Part shown: piece by piece, positions 1 to 6,624 of the stretch
How the letters are laid out: each line of letters opens with the position of its first letter
Numbering within the stretch: the stretch's first letter is position 1
Virus record (IMG/VR): IMGVR_UViG_2660238358_000005
DNA: 8,871 nt
Origin: a virus
Lineage: Duplodnaviria > Heunggongvirae > Uroviricota > Caudoviricetes
Direction: 5' to 3' (one strand)
Notes under the pieces: model-generated
What the model was told of the DNA's origin: nothing
What the model saw: only the letters and a program-made list of their open reading frames with translations
The model's database searches: none
Made by a program: the position numbers and the translations under genes

Positions 1-7
1 ATTACCA

Positions 8-12
8 CCTCC
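8..12 (-). promoter_or_regulatory. Probable Shine-Dalgarno (GGAGG on minus strand) for the next downstream gene, expected to be the major tail protein gene V, whose start codon would lie just outside the window
   Basis: Reverse complement of positions 1-12 is GGAGGTGGTAAT, immediately after the U stop codon (TAA at 15..13); spacing fits a start codon just off the left edge. Gene identity is inferred from lambda gene order only. Confidence 0.4.
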
Positions 13-414
13 TTAATTCGTGTACGTGATCTGGTACGTGATTTCCGCCATCGCCCAGGTGGCCATCTCATTATCACGTTGATAGTTAAAACCGAGTGGG
101 ATCATGGTGTCGATGAGTCCGGAAAGCACCGGAATATCCTTCATGGCCGGAAATATGGTGTTCTCCATCCACGTATCCAGCTCAGAATCCGGCGCCTGTG
201 CACGGACGAAAACGGCAATATGCAGAACAGCCTGCCAGTCGTCCTCATCCGTCATTTTTCCGGTGTACTGCGCATCACTCAGCCACACCGCCACGGCGGG
301 CAGTTCCTGCGCATCAATAAATGCCGGAAGCCCGTCAAAAAACGTGGCGCTGTCTCCACACTGTTCCCGAAGGCGTGCCAGCACGCTCTGACGGATTTGT
401 GTGTGTCGGTTCAT
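13..414 (-). CDS. U: Tail terminator protein gpU (lambda U homolog)
   Basis: 133-aa ORF aligns along its length with lambda gpU as I recall it (e.g. ATFFDG, FPAVAV, PDSELD.WME, LTY.ITY motifs). ATG at 414..412 overlaps the Z stop (ATGA overlap). Confidence 0.9.
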   Translation of the reverse strand: MNRHTQIRQSVLARLREQCGDSATFFDGLPAFIDAQELPAVAVWLSDAQYTGKMTDEDDWQAVLHIAVFVRAQAPDSELDTWMENTIFPAMKDIPVLSGLIDTMIPLGFNYQRDNEMATWAMAEITYQITYTN

Positions 415-998
415 TTACTCAGATGTAACCTCAGTTGTTGTTTCAGGGCATACCCCAGCTGTTTCGGCATTTCCGCAGCAATGATGCGGTCGCGGGCATC
501 TTCAAATGCCTGTGTCAGCGGTCCGGACATCGGGATTTTCACCACATCAATGGGGTAACGATTTTTGCCGTCAATACGCCGCATCACATGCCAGCGACCA
601 TTCGCCAGTTGCTGAATAAACGCATCCCGGAAAAGGTATTTCCCCACTTTCAGTACGCTGCCACGATGACGTGAGTTGCTGCCATGCCGGGAGCGGGCCA
701 GTCTGACCTGTGCGGTACCCAGCTTAATGGCGGGCAGGTTACCCCGGTTAACACGCATGCGGGCATACATTTTTCCTGAGGGGCTGGCTTTAAGCAGCCT
801 GACACGCTCCCTGACCGTTTTCAGGGGAATACCTTTCACCTGGTTATCCCCGGCAACGGTATTCTGCGCAACCTGCCGTGTGGCGACAGAAACAATCTTT
901 GCCGCCACACGGTTTACCGCCCATGCGCTGGTCTGTGGCACCATGCGGGTATCGAGGCTGTTCAGATTGCGGATGGCATTCTCAAGTCCCTTCATCAT
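411..998 (-). CDS. Z: Minor tail protein gpZ (lambda Z homolog)
   Basis: 195-aa ORF in the lambda position between FII and U, with size and sequence character matching lambda gpZ (about 192 aa). ATG at 998..996 preceded by GAGG; stop overlaps U start. Confidence 0.85.
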   Translation of the reverse strand: MMKGLENAIRNLNSLDTRMVPQTSAWAVNRVAAKIVSVATRQVAQNTVAGDNQVKGIPLKTVRERVRLLKASPSGKMYARMRVNRGNLPAIKLGTAQVRLARSRHGSNSRHRGSVLKVGKYLFRDAFIQQLANGRWHVMRRIDGKNRYPIDVVKIPMSGPLTQAFEDARDRIIAAEMPKQLGYALKQQLRLHLSK

Positions 999-1359
999 AT
1001 CGCCTCATTCTGGCATTATTCTGTGGGGCAGGACTGCCCCGCCTTAACCGGATATAACAGCATCCCCCGTCATCCGGAGTAATACGATCCACAAAGAAAG
1101 AATCATCCCCGATAGTTAACGTATCCTGACGGCGTAACTGCGATATATCTGCCGTTTTCACAAACAGGCACGGTGAGGAATCCTCAAGCCGGATCCCCCC
1201 GGCAACAAAAGAAATACTTTCGGGATCATCAAAAACCCCTGTCAGGTGTGTCCCCTCAAGTTCTCCGGACGTAATGACGGCGCTGATCCCCATATCACGG
1301 AGAATGACTTCATTGACACCGGCAAGCGCAGCATCAAACAGATTATCGAAACCGTCCAC
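982..1359 (-). CDS. FII: Head-tail joining protein gpFII (lambda FII homolog)
   Basis: Translation MDGFDNLFDAALAG...VFDDPESISF...SSPCLFVKT...LRRQDTLTIGDDSFFVDRITPDDGG matches lambda gpFII (MADFDNLFDAAI...VFDDPENISY...LRRGDTLTIGEENFWVDRVSPDDGG). Start is GTG at 1359..1357 with AGGAG 8 nt upstream; the 3' end overlaps the Z start by 17 nt. Confidence 0.88.
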   Translation of the reverse strand: MDGFDNLFDAALAGVNEVILRDMGISAVITSGELEGTHLTGVFDDPESISFVAGGIRLEDSSPCLFVKTADISQLRRQDTLTIGDDSFFVDRITPDDGGCCYIRLRRGSPAPQNNARMRRYDEGT

Positions 1360-1370
1360 GACATCTCCTG

Positions 1371-1757
1371 TTACTGCCTTTTTGCCAGACCACCTGCCGC
1401 CATGCTGGCAGCCACCTCAGCAGAAACACGAAACGACGTTCCCGGTGAAACAAATATCACTGAACCATTACATTTTGTATGCAGTGTCGCCAGTGCCACC
1501 ACCGTAACCTGCCCCGTTTCGTCTCCGGTAACAATGCCTGGCTGTTCAGGAACTGACTCGCCTTTATGCGCGGTCGGATCATCTTTCGATGGTGAGTACG
1601 TATCCGGCTCTGCGACCTCCCCCGCATCTCCAAGCTCTTCCTCCAGTTCCGCCACTCGCTGCGCAATATCTGCCGCACTACCGGAGACATCCGGTTCACG
1701 CCCCAGCCTCTCAGCCAGCTCACAAAGACGTTTCAGGTTTTCTTCTTTCGTAGCCAT
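1371..1757 (-). CDS. FI: DNA-packaging/head assembly protein gpFI (lambda FI homolog)
   Basis: Homology to lambda gpFI begins at the internal Met (MATKEENLKRLCELAERL vs lambda MTKDELIARLRSLGEQL), followed by an acidic low-complexity linker (ELEEELGDAGEVAEPD). ATG at 1757..1755 has AGGAG 6 nt upstream; the ORF-track start at 1790 lies inside the upstream hairpin and is rejected. Confidence 0.8.
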   Translation of the reverse strand: MATKEENLKRLCELAERLGREPDVSGSAADIAQRVAELEEELGDAGEVAEPDTYSPSKDDPTAHKGESVPEQPGIVTGDETGQVTVVALATLHTKCNGSVIFVSPGTSFRVSAEVAASMAAGGLAKRQ

Positions 1758-1775
1758 ACCCGCTCCTGATTGAAT

Positions 1776-1800
1776 GAAAAACGGGAGCATTTAGCTCCCG
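1776..1800 (-). terminator. Intrinsic-terminator-like stem-loop between E and FI (RNA: CGGGAGC-UAAAU-GCUCCCG followed by UUUUUCAUU)
   Basis: Perfect 7-bp GC-rich inverted repeat (1782..1788 / 1794..1800) with a 5-nt loop, followed on the minus strand by a T5 run (1777..1781); located 9 nt after the E stop codon and just before the FI ribosome-binding site. Confidence 0.45.
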
Positions 1801-1808
1801 CTCACGGA

Positions 1809-2837
1809 TTATTTCACCTGCACCACCACAAACTCATCCGGATCCGGCAGCACCATCAGCGGCGCGGACTGCGTCATGGTGAATTCACGCGCCGGATCAC
1901 CCACGGTCAGCCAGTGTTTCGGATAACGGGAAGACGCCACCACGCCTTCAGACAATGCCTGCGCATCCTGAATGGCACCGTAGCAACGAATACCCTCTGC
2001 GGCCGTATTTCCCAGTACCAGTGTGCCGTCCGGCAGATAACGTTTTTCGGTACCGTCCTCTGCCACATAGGACGTTTTTGCCACCACGATTGCCAGATCA
2101 CCATAATACCCTTTGAAGGACACCACCGCCCCCAGGTCTTTCACTGCCGTTTCCAGCTGTGAATTTGAGCCACGACGGGTATCCAGTTTTTCGCGGAACA
2201 GCTTAAAGCCATTCAGCAGACGCCAGACCTTACCATCCATAATGGCAATATTGATGGTGCCGGAAGCAAAATCACAGTACGCATCCAGATCATGCGTCGG
2301 ATCAAAGGTATCGCGGTCCTGAGCGCTCCACTCCGTCCCTCCTGCCTGCGTAATGTTATTTCCCACCGACCGGCCAAAATCGACCTCAACAGTTTCAAAC
2401 TGCTCTCCTTCCATGGTGTATTTGCCATACAGCACGGCATTCACCGCCTGCATCTCTTCCACCTGGACAATGGCGTGCTCTTCCTGTTTGAGGTTATCGG
2501 TGATGATACGCAGGCGACGGTAAGCCGGGCCGTTCAGCTGGGCCGGATCTTCACCGGGAAGACGCTCCACCGCCTGCTGGTAATTAAATTCGTGTTTCGG
2601 CTTAACGTAGCCCGGGCGCAGTACACGAGTTTCACCGCCACGGTGACGCAACACCTTTCCTTCAACAACCGGGGAGACATAGGCCGCCACCGGCGTTTTT
2701 CCGGTAATTTTGTCCAGCATTACCTCTTCGGTATGGAAATTCACCGTACGGCGGAAAAACAGCTCCAGAAACAGCGCACGAAATTTAACTTTTTGTTCGG
2801 TATAACCGAGTAACTGGCGGGTCGTAAACAATCCCAT
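1809..2837 (-). CDS. E: Major capsid protein gpE (lambda E homolog)
   Basis: 342-aa ORF collinear with lambda gpE (341 aa): PGYVKPKHE, QVEEMQAVNAVLYGKYTMEGE, NNITQAGGTEWS, KLDTRRGSNSQLETAVKDLG, MVLGNT, TGDPAREFTMTQSAPLMVLPDPDEFV. ATG at 2837..2835 with AAGGA upstream. Confidence 0.95.
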   Translation of the reverse strand: MGLFTTRQLLGYTEQKVKFRALFLELFFRRTVNFHTEEVMLDKITGKTPVAAYVSPVVEGKVLRHRGGETRVLRPGYVKPKHEFNYQQAVERLPGEDPAQLNGPAYRRLRIITDNLKQEEHAIVQVEEMQAVNAVLYGKYTMEGEQFETVEVDFGRSVGNNITQAGGTEWSAQDRDTFDPTHDLDAYCDFASGTINIAIMDGKVWRLLNGFKLFREKLDTRRGSNSQLETAVKDLGAVVSFKGYYGDLAIVVAKTSYVAEDGTEKRYLPDGTLVLGNTAAEGIRCYGAIQDAQALSEGVVASSRYPKHWLTVGDPAREFTMTQSAPLMVLPDPDEFVVVQVK

Positions 2838-2894
2838 AAATCAGTTCCTTTCATTCAGAAATCAGTCAGGCTACCGCAGTGACCTGATAAAATG

Positions 2895-3242
2895 TTACGG
2901 CAGCGCTGCGTGACTCAGGGCACTGCCGGCAAAGGCATTCGCCTTTTTGTGTGTATCCACTCTCTCAGGCCAGTGGATGGCCTCCGTCGCAAAGGTCCCC
3001 GACTTGTAATACGTCAGCACCGTCTCTGTACCTTCAAGCGGCAGTACCAGTATGCCAACCACATGGCCTGCCTTCTGTCCGTCCCAGACCACCAGTTTCC
3101 CGGTATCCTCATCCAGCATCAGGGGCGTCAGAGCCGGTGTTGCCGAGGAAATCCCGCTGCAGCCTGTGGCGGTATGGGCCGGATCATTACCGGCAAAAAT
3201 ACGTACTTCCGCACGCTGTTCAGTGATGGTTTTCGTTACCAT
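2895..3242 (-). CDS. D: Head decoration protein gpD (lambda D homolog)
   Basis: 115-aa ORF; DPAHTAT, TPLMLD, KLVVWDG, VGIL, FYKSGTF and KKANAFAG motifs match lambda gpD (110 aa). ATG at 3242..3240. Confidence 0.9.
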   Translation of the reverse strand: MVTKTITEQRAEVRIFAGNDPAHTATGCSGISSATPALTPLMLDEDTGKLVVWDGQKAGHVVGILVLPLEGTETVLTYYKSGTFATEAIHWPERVDTHKKANAFAGSALSHAALP

Positions 3243-3278
3243 ATTGTAAAAACCTCATATTGATGGTCAGCACTGACT

Positions 3279-4151
3279 TCATGGCATGGCCATGAGCATT
3301 TTCACGTCCGCATCACCGTCTGCTGACGTCTGTGGCACGCCACCCTGTACCGCTGCCGGTGAATGGTTCGCCATGAAATGTTCAAACATGGCGGGTGTGG
3401 GTGGAGGAAAACGGTNNNNNNNNNNNNNNNNNNNNNNNNNNNNNNNNNNNNNNNNNNNNNNNNNNNNNNNNNNNNNNNNNNNNNNNNNNNNNNNNNNNNN
3501 NNNNNGGGCATTCTCCACGGTCATCCCCGGACAGGCCGCCAGTTTTTCAGCCTGCGCCTCTGCCCCTTTTGCCTCATCCAGGGCCATAATCTGATCACGA
3601 AGTGAGGGTCCGGCATTCGCCTGCGGTGAAGCAGCCAGAATCGGACGGGCTTTTTCCACCGTCATCTCCGGCATCGCCGCCAGCGTTGCCGCCAGTTGTT
3701 CACGTCCTTTCGCCTCTTCACATGCCATAATGCGATCGGCTTCACTCTGCGCAGATACACCAGATTGTTGCGGTGCCGCCACGGCCAGAATCGCCCGGGC
3801 CTGCTCAACGCTCATACCCTGTTGCCCTGCCAGCATCGTGGCCAGTTGTTCACGTCCTTTCGCTTCCTGACACGTCAGGATCCCCATCACTCGCTGGTTC
3901 TCCTGCGCGGCAGCCTCCGTTGCAGTTAATTGCGGCATAGTGCCTCCTGTATCGTGTGTGTTCAGCGTCGCAGCCATCACGCTGATGGCGTCCGACGCAT
4001 TGATTAATTCATCCGCCAGTTCGGCCTCAATACCGGACTGACCTTCAAAAACGGCGGCCTCTGTTCCCATAACCGCATCCACAGATAAACCGGTATACAT
4101 CGCCACTTTTTCAGCAAACATCCGGCGCGCCGCATCAATGCGCTGCTGCAT
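3279..4151 (-). CDS. nu3: Putative nested scaffolding protein (lambda Nu3-like), in-frame internal start within C
   Basis: Inference from lambda, where Nu3 is translated in the C frame from an internal Met near the RIDA..RQMFAQKV region. Here in-frame Met codons occur at 4151..4149 and 4121..4119 in the homologous stretch (QDMQQRIDAARRMFAEKV). Neither has a strong Shine-Dalgarno, so the exact start is uncertain. Confidence 0.3.
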   Translation of the reverse strand: MQQRIDAARRMFAEKVAMYTGLSVDAVMGTEAAVFEGQSGIEAELADELINASDAISVMAATLNTHDTGGTMPQLTATEAAAQENQRVMGILTCQEAKGREQLATMLAGQQGMSVEQARAILAVAAPQQSGVSAQSEADRIMACEEAKGREQLAATLAAMPEMTVEKARPILAASPQANAGPSLRDQIMALDEAKGAEAQAEKLAACPGMTVENAXXXXXXXXXXXXXXXXXXXXXXXXXXXXXXXRFPPPTPAMFEHFMANHSPAAVQGGVPQTSADGDADVKMLMAMP

Positions 4152-4841
4152 GTCCTGGCGAACCTTTGCTGGCAGGGATTCAAACTGATTGCCATCCACC
4201 TTGTGCGATCCGGCGTAAATCAGCGTGATATCCACACCGGCCTGTGCCAGATGACCGGCATAGCTGACATGGCCCATCATCACCCCAATGGAGCCGATAC
4301 GGGATGTCTGGGTAACCAGCCGTCGGGAGCAGGCCGATGCCAGTAACATGGCGGCTGAACAGGCCGTGTCATTGCACAGTGCCCAGACAGGCTTCAGCTG
4401 CCGGAGACGGTAAATCATGTCAGCGCAGTCAAACGCGCCGGTGGCCTGCCCGCCAGAACTGTCAATGTCCAGCAGTACGCCCCGTACCTGAGTGTCCGCC
4501 ATTGCCTGCTGAAGACAGGCGACAATGCCGTCATAGCCAGTCATTCCGGAAAATGGCCGCATGCCACCCAGCCGGTGTACCAGCGTGCCGGTCACCGGCA
4601 GTACAGCAATACCGTTCACCACCCGGTAAACACGGGCAGGTCGTTTGCCTCCGGCCATGTACTCGTCCGTTTCAGCCAGCATCCCGGGAGCGTCAAGCTG
4701 TACCTGCTGTTGCGGTACCGAAAGGCTTGCTGCGCCCATCTCACGCCCGAGCGCGCAAAAGAAAACCCGCGCATAGGCGGGCTCCAGAAGCAGCGGCTCA
4801 TTGAATGCCGCAGCGATAATATGTGAAAGATTACGTCTCAC
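3279..4841 (-). CDS. C: Capsid assembly protease / minor capsid protein gpC (lambda C homolog, S49 peptidase-like); interrupted by an assembly gap so true length is unknown
   Basis: N-terminal two-thirds aligns with lambda gpC (AFNEPLLLEPAYARVFFCAL, NGIAVLPVTGTLV, SGMTGYDGI, GAFDCAD, KPVWAL, SRRLVTQTSRIGSIGVMM, ITLIYAGSHKVDGN, YTGLSV, TEAAVF, ADELINASDAI). Start is GTG at 4841..4839 with GAGGAG upstream, overlapping the end of B. The ORF runs through 90 N (3416..3505), so the C-terminal part and total length are unreliable. Confidence 0.85.
   Translation of the reverse strand: MRRNLSHIIAAAFNEPLLLEPAYARVFFCALGREMGAASLSVPQQQVQLDAPGMLAETDEYMAGGKRPARVYRVVNGIAVLPVTGTLVHRLGGMRPFSGMTGYDGIVACLQQAMADTQVRGVLLDIDSSGGQATGAFDCADMIYRLRQLKPVWALCNDTACSAAMLLASACSRRLVTQTSRIGSIGVMMGHVSYAGHLAQAGVDITLIYAGSHKVDGNQFESLPAKVRQDMQQRIDAARRMFAEKVAMYTGLSVDAVMGTEAAVFEGQSGIEAELADELINASDAISVMAATLNTHDTGGTMPQLTATEAAAQENQRVMGILTCQEAKGREQLATMLAGQQGMSVEQARAILAVAAPQQSGVSAQSEADRIMACEEAKGREQLAATLAAMPEMTVEKARPILAASPQANAGPSLRDQIMALDEAKGAEAQAEKLAACPGMTVENAXXXXXXXXXXXXXXXXXXXXXXXXXXXXXXXRFPPPTPAMFEHFMANHSPAAVQGGVPQTSADGDADVKMLMAMP
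3416..3505. other. Assembly gap: run of 90 N
   Basis: Directly visible in the sequence. It lies inside the C/Nu3 reading frame and abuts the tandem repeat region. Confidence 0.99.
3507..3890 (-). repeat. Tandem, diverged ~150-nt (50-aa) repeats, at least 3 copies, inside the C/Nu3 coding region
   Basis: Protein repeats IMGILTCQEAKGREQLATMLAGQQGMSVEQARAILAVAAPQ / IMACEEAKGREQLAATLAAMPEMTVEKARPILAASPQ / IMALDEAKGAEAQAEKLAACPGMTVENA...; at DNA level a 23-nt identical block occurs at 3691..3713 and 3841..3863, with related sequence about 150 nt earlier near 3538..3560. Confidence 0.8.
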
Positions 4842-6424
4842 GTGATGTTGTCTCCTCTTCCGGCCTGCGACTCTCCGCTATCTGCTGCTGATACGCCTGG
4901 GCTATCCACACCGGACGTGAGAGTCCGGCTTTTTCGCGCTCTGCGGATTCCCTGACCTGCTGGCGGAAAATGTCCTGATAATCTTCGCCCATCAGTGCCA
5001 GTTCTTTCTCATACGTGCTCAGTCCGGCCTCAATGCGCATCACCGATTCCTGGACCTCCTTGAGCCCGTCAATGGCCATTCTTCCGGAGCTAATCCACTC
5101 TGCCCGTGACCAGGCTGAACGCGCCTGGTAAAAATCAAAACGCGCCCGTGGCGGACGAATAATCCCCCGAAGAAGCGCCTCTTCCAGCCAGCAGGAAAAC
5201 ATCTGCGTGGCCAGCCGGGCCGCAATAAATTTTCGCCGCCCCATAAAATAGCGCCACGACTCATTGGCGGAGGCGCGGGCACTTGAGTAACTGACCTTCG
5301 AGTAATCACGGGACAACTGTTCGTAGGAAACGCCAAGACCGGCTGCAATATACCGCAGCAGCGCCTGTTCAAGCGCCGAAAATCCATTGTCTGAATCCTG
5401 CGCTGTCTGCAGGTTCAGCGCATCGCCAGGAAAAAAGGTGCGGAATTTTAACACCGCCCAGCGTCACGTTATTCGTGTCATACCAGCGGGTGAACTTCTC
5501 CAGAATATTAATAAGCGGATTATCCTGCTGACCTTGCGGTGCCCCCGCGATATATTCAAATGCCTTTTCGGTATCAAGTTCACTTTCGATTGTGGCTGCA
5601 TACATCGCCTTCACAATGGCCGACTGAAGCTGCGTGGCCTGCAGGGAGTCCAGCATCTTCATCCGCTCCATTACGCTGTAAAACTGATTAGCCCCACGGG
5701 TCTGCCCGTCCTCCACCGGCTCAAAAATATGCAGCATGGCCGGACGCCCGGTGGGAAGCTCACGCGGGATCCGCTCCCAGCGTCCGGCACCAGAGAACGG
5801 AAAATCATCCTCACAGATATGGTACGCAATCGCCCGCCCATACCGATCGACCTCAACCCCGGCCCGCAGAAAGTGGTTCCCCATACCGTGTCCTGGCGTG
5901 TCCACCCGTTTCGGACTCACGGCTTTAAAACGCGTACGGAATAACTGCGTGGTTTCCGTATCCCAGACCGGCTGCACAAAGATTTCGCCGTTAAAGGCAT
6001 GCACGCCCACCCCTTCACGGATAAATTCCGTAAACGTGCGTTTCCCTTCCACGTCGATCTCGCCAAACATTCCTTCTGCGTATTCCGACCAGGCTGCTTC
6101 CACCTCCCCGACAAAACTTTTTGCCGTGGTCTCCCGCATCCCCAGCCAACGCCAGTTCAGACGGTAGCTGATAAGAAACATGTGCCCGACGATATGATCC
6201 TTATGCAGGGCCACCGCATTAGCCGCGATACCGTTATTGCGCACCAGATCATCTGCCCGGGCATTCCCCAGACGCAATGCAGGCAACAGGGCCGCATCGG
6301 CACTCTGCGCCGGTGGTAACCACTCTGCCATTTGCCCGCCAAATCCTGCGCCGCCTCCGTTGTAGCTGAGACTCTCACGAAGCGGAACGCCGTTCACATC
6401 AATCAGGACAGGCGTTCGTTTCAT
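4831..6424 (-). pseudogene. B: Portal protein gpB (lambda B homolog), reading frame broken by a +1 frameshift in a homopolymer (pseudogene or sequencing error)
   Basis: The 351-aa ORF (6424..5369) matches the lambda gpB N-terminal two-thirds (GNARADDLVRNNG, KRTFT, REGV, HAFNGE, VSPKR, PVEDGQTRGAN.FYSVME.MKMLD.LQ.TQLQSAIVKAMYAATIESELDT) and the 207-aa ORF (5454..4831) matches the C-terminal third (PGDALNLQTAQDSDNG, LLRYIAAGLGVSYEQLSR, ARASANESW.YFMGRRKF, GRMAIDGLKEVQE, EAGLSTYEKE). The frames switch within the A6 run at 5431..5436; removing one base restores HLFPGDALNL, matching lambda HLMPGDSLNL. ATG at 6424..6422 overlaps the W stop. Confidence 0.85.
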
Positions 6425-6624
6425 AACCTCACTCCCAGCGGTCGGCGGCGTCGGGTCGTACCCAGAACCGACTCCGCATCGTTGATCGCACGGTTAAGCT
6501 CATTCAGGGACGCTGCCGTATATTCGATCCTGCGACCGTCTTTCTGTACCGACACAACCCGTTTACCGGTTAATAAATCAAGGCGCGCCTGACGCAGCGC
6601 CTGCAGTTCAGCGACTGTAACCAT
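6421..6624 (-). CDS. W: Head-tail joining / head completion protein gpW (lambda W homolog)
   Basis: 67-aa ORF; LLTGKRVVSVQKDGRRIEYTAASLNEL matches lambda gpW ([27 protein letters not shown]). ATG at 6624..6622 directly follows the A stop (TGAATG). Confidence 0.9.
   Translation of the reverse strand: MVTVAELQALRQARLDLLTGKRVVSVQKDGRRIEYTAASLNELNRAINDAESVLGTTRRRRPLGVRL

Noticed and set aside
1758-1790. ORF-track N-terminal extension of FI (MLPFFIQSGAG) starting at 1790
   Set aside because: The ATG at 1790 sits in the loop of the E-FI hairpin and the extension has no homology; lambda-like FI sequence begins at the ATG at 1757, which has a good AGGAG site.
1770-2162. Plus-strand 130-aa His/Arg-rich ORF antisense to the major capsid gene E
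   Set aside because: Lies entirely within a strongly homology-supported minus-strand gene, has a low-complexity composition typical of antisense frames in GC-rich coding DNA, and has no recognisable ribosome-binding site context or homology.
2292-2813. Plus-strand 173-aa ORF antisense to E
   Set aside because: Shadow ORF inside the capsid gene; no independent support.
2863-2888. Weak inverted repeat (TCAGG...CCTGA) in the D-E intergenic spacer
   Set aside because: Only about 5 bp of pairing with a 12-nt loop and no following U tract; too weak to call a terminator or regulatory hairpin without folding calculations.
3286-3605. Several ORFs whose translations contain runs of X (3286..3594, 3302..3511, 3363..3605, 3395..3589)
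   Set aside because: Artefacts of translating through the 90-N assembly gap.
4337-4804. Plus-strand 155-aa Arg/Pro/Cys-rich ORF antisense to C
   Set aside because: Shadow ORF inside the gpC protease gene; composition is typical of a non-coding frame.
5387-5944. Plus-strand 185-aa ORF antisense to the portal gene
   Set aside because: Shadow ORF; the portal homology on the opposite strand explains the open frame.
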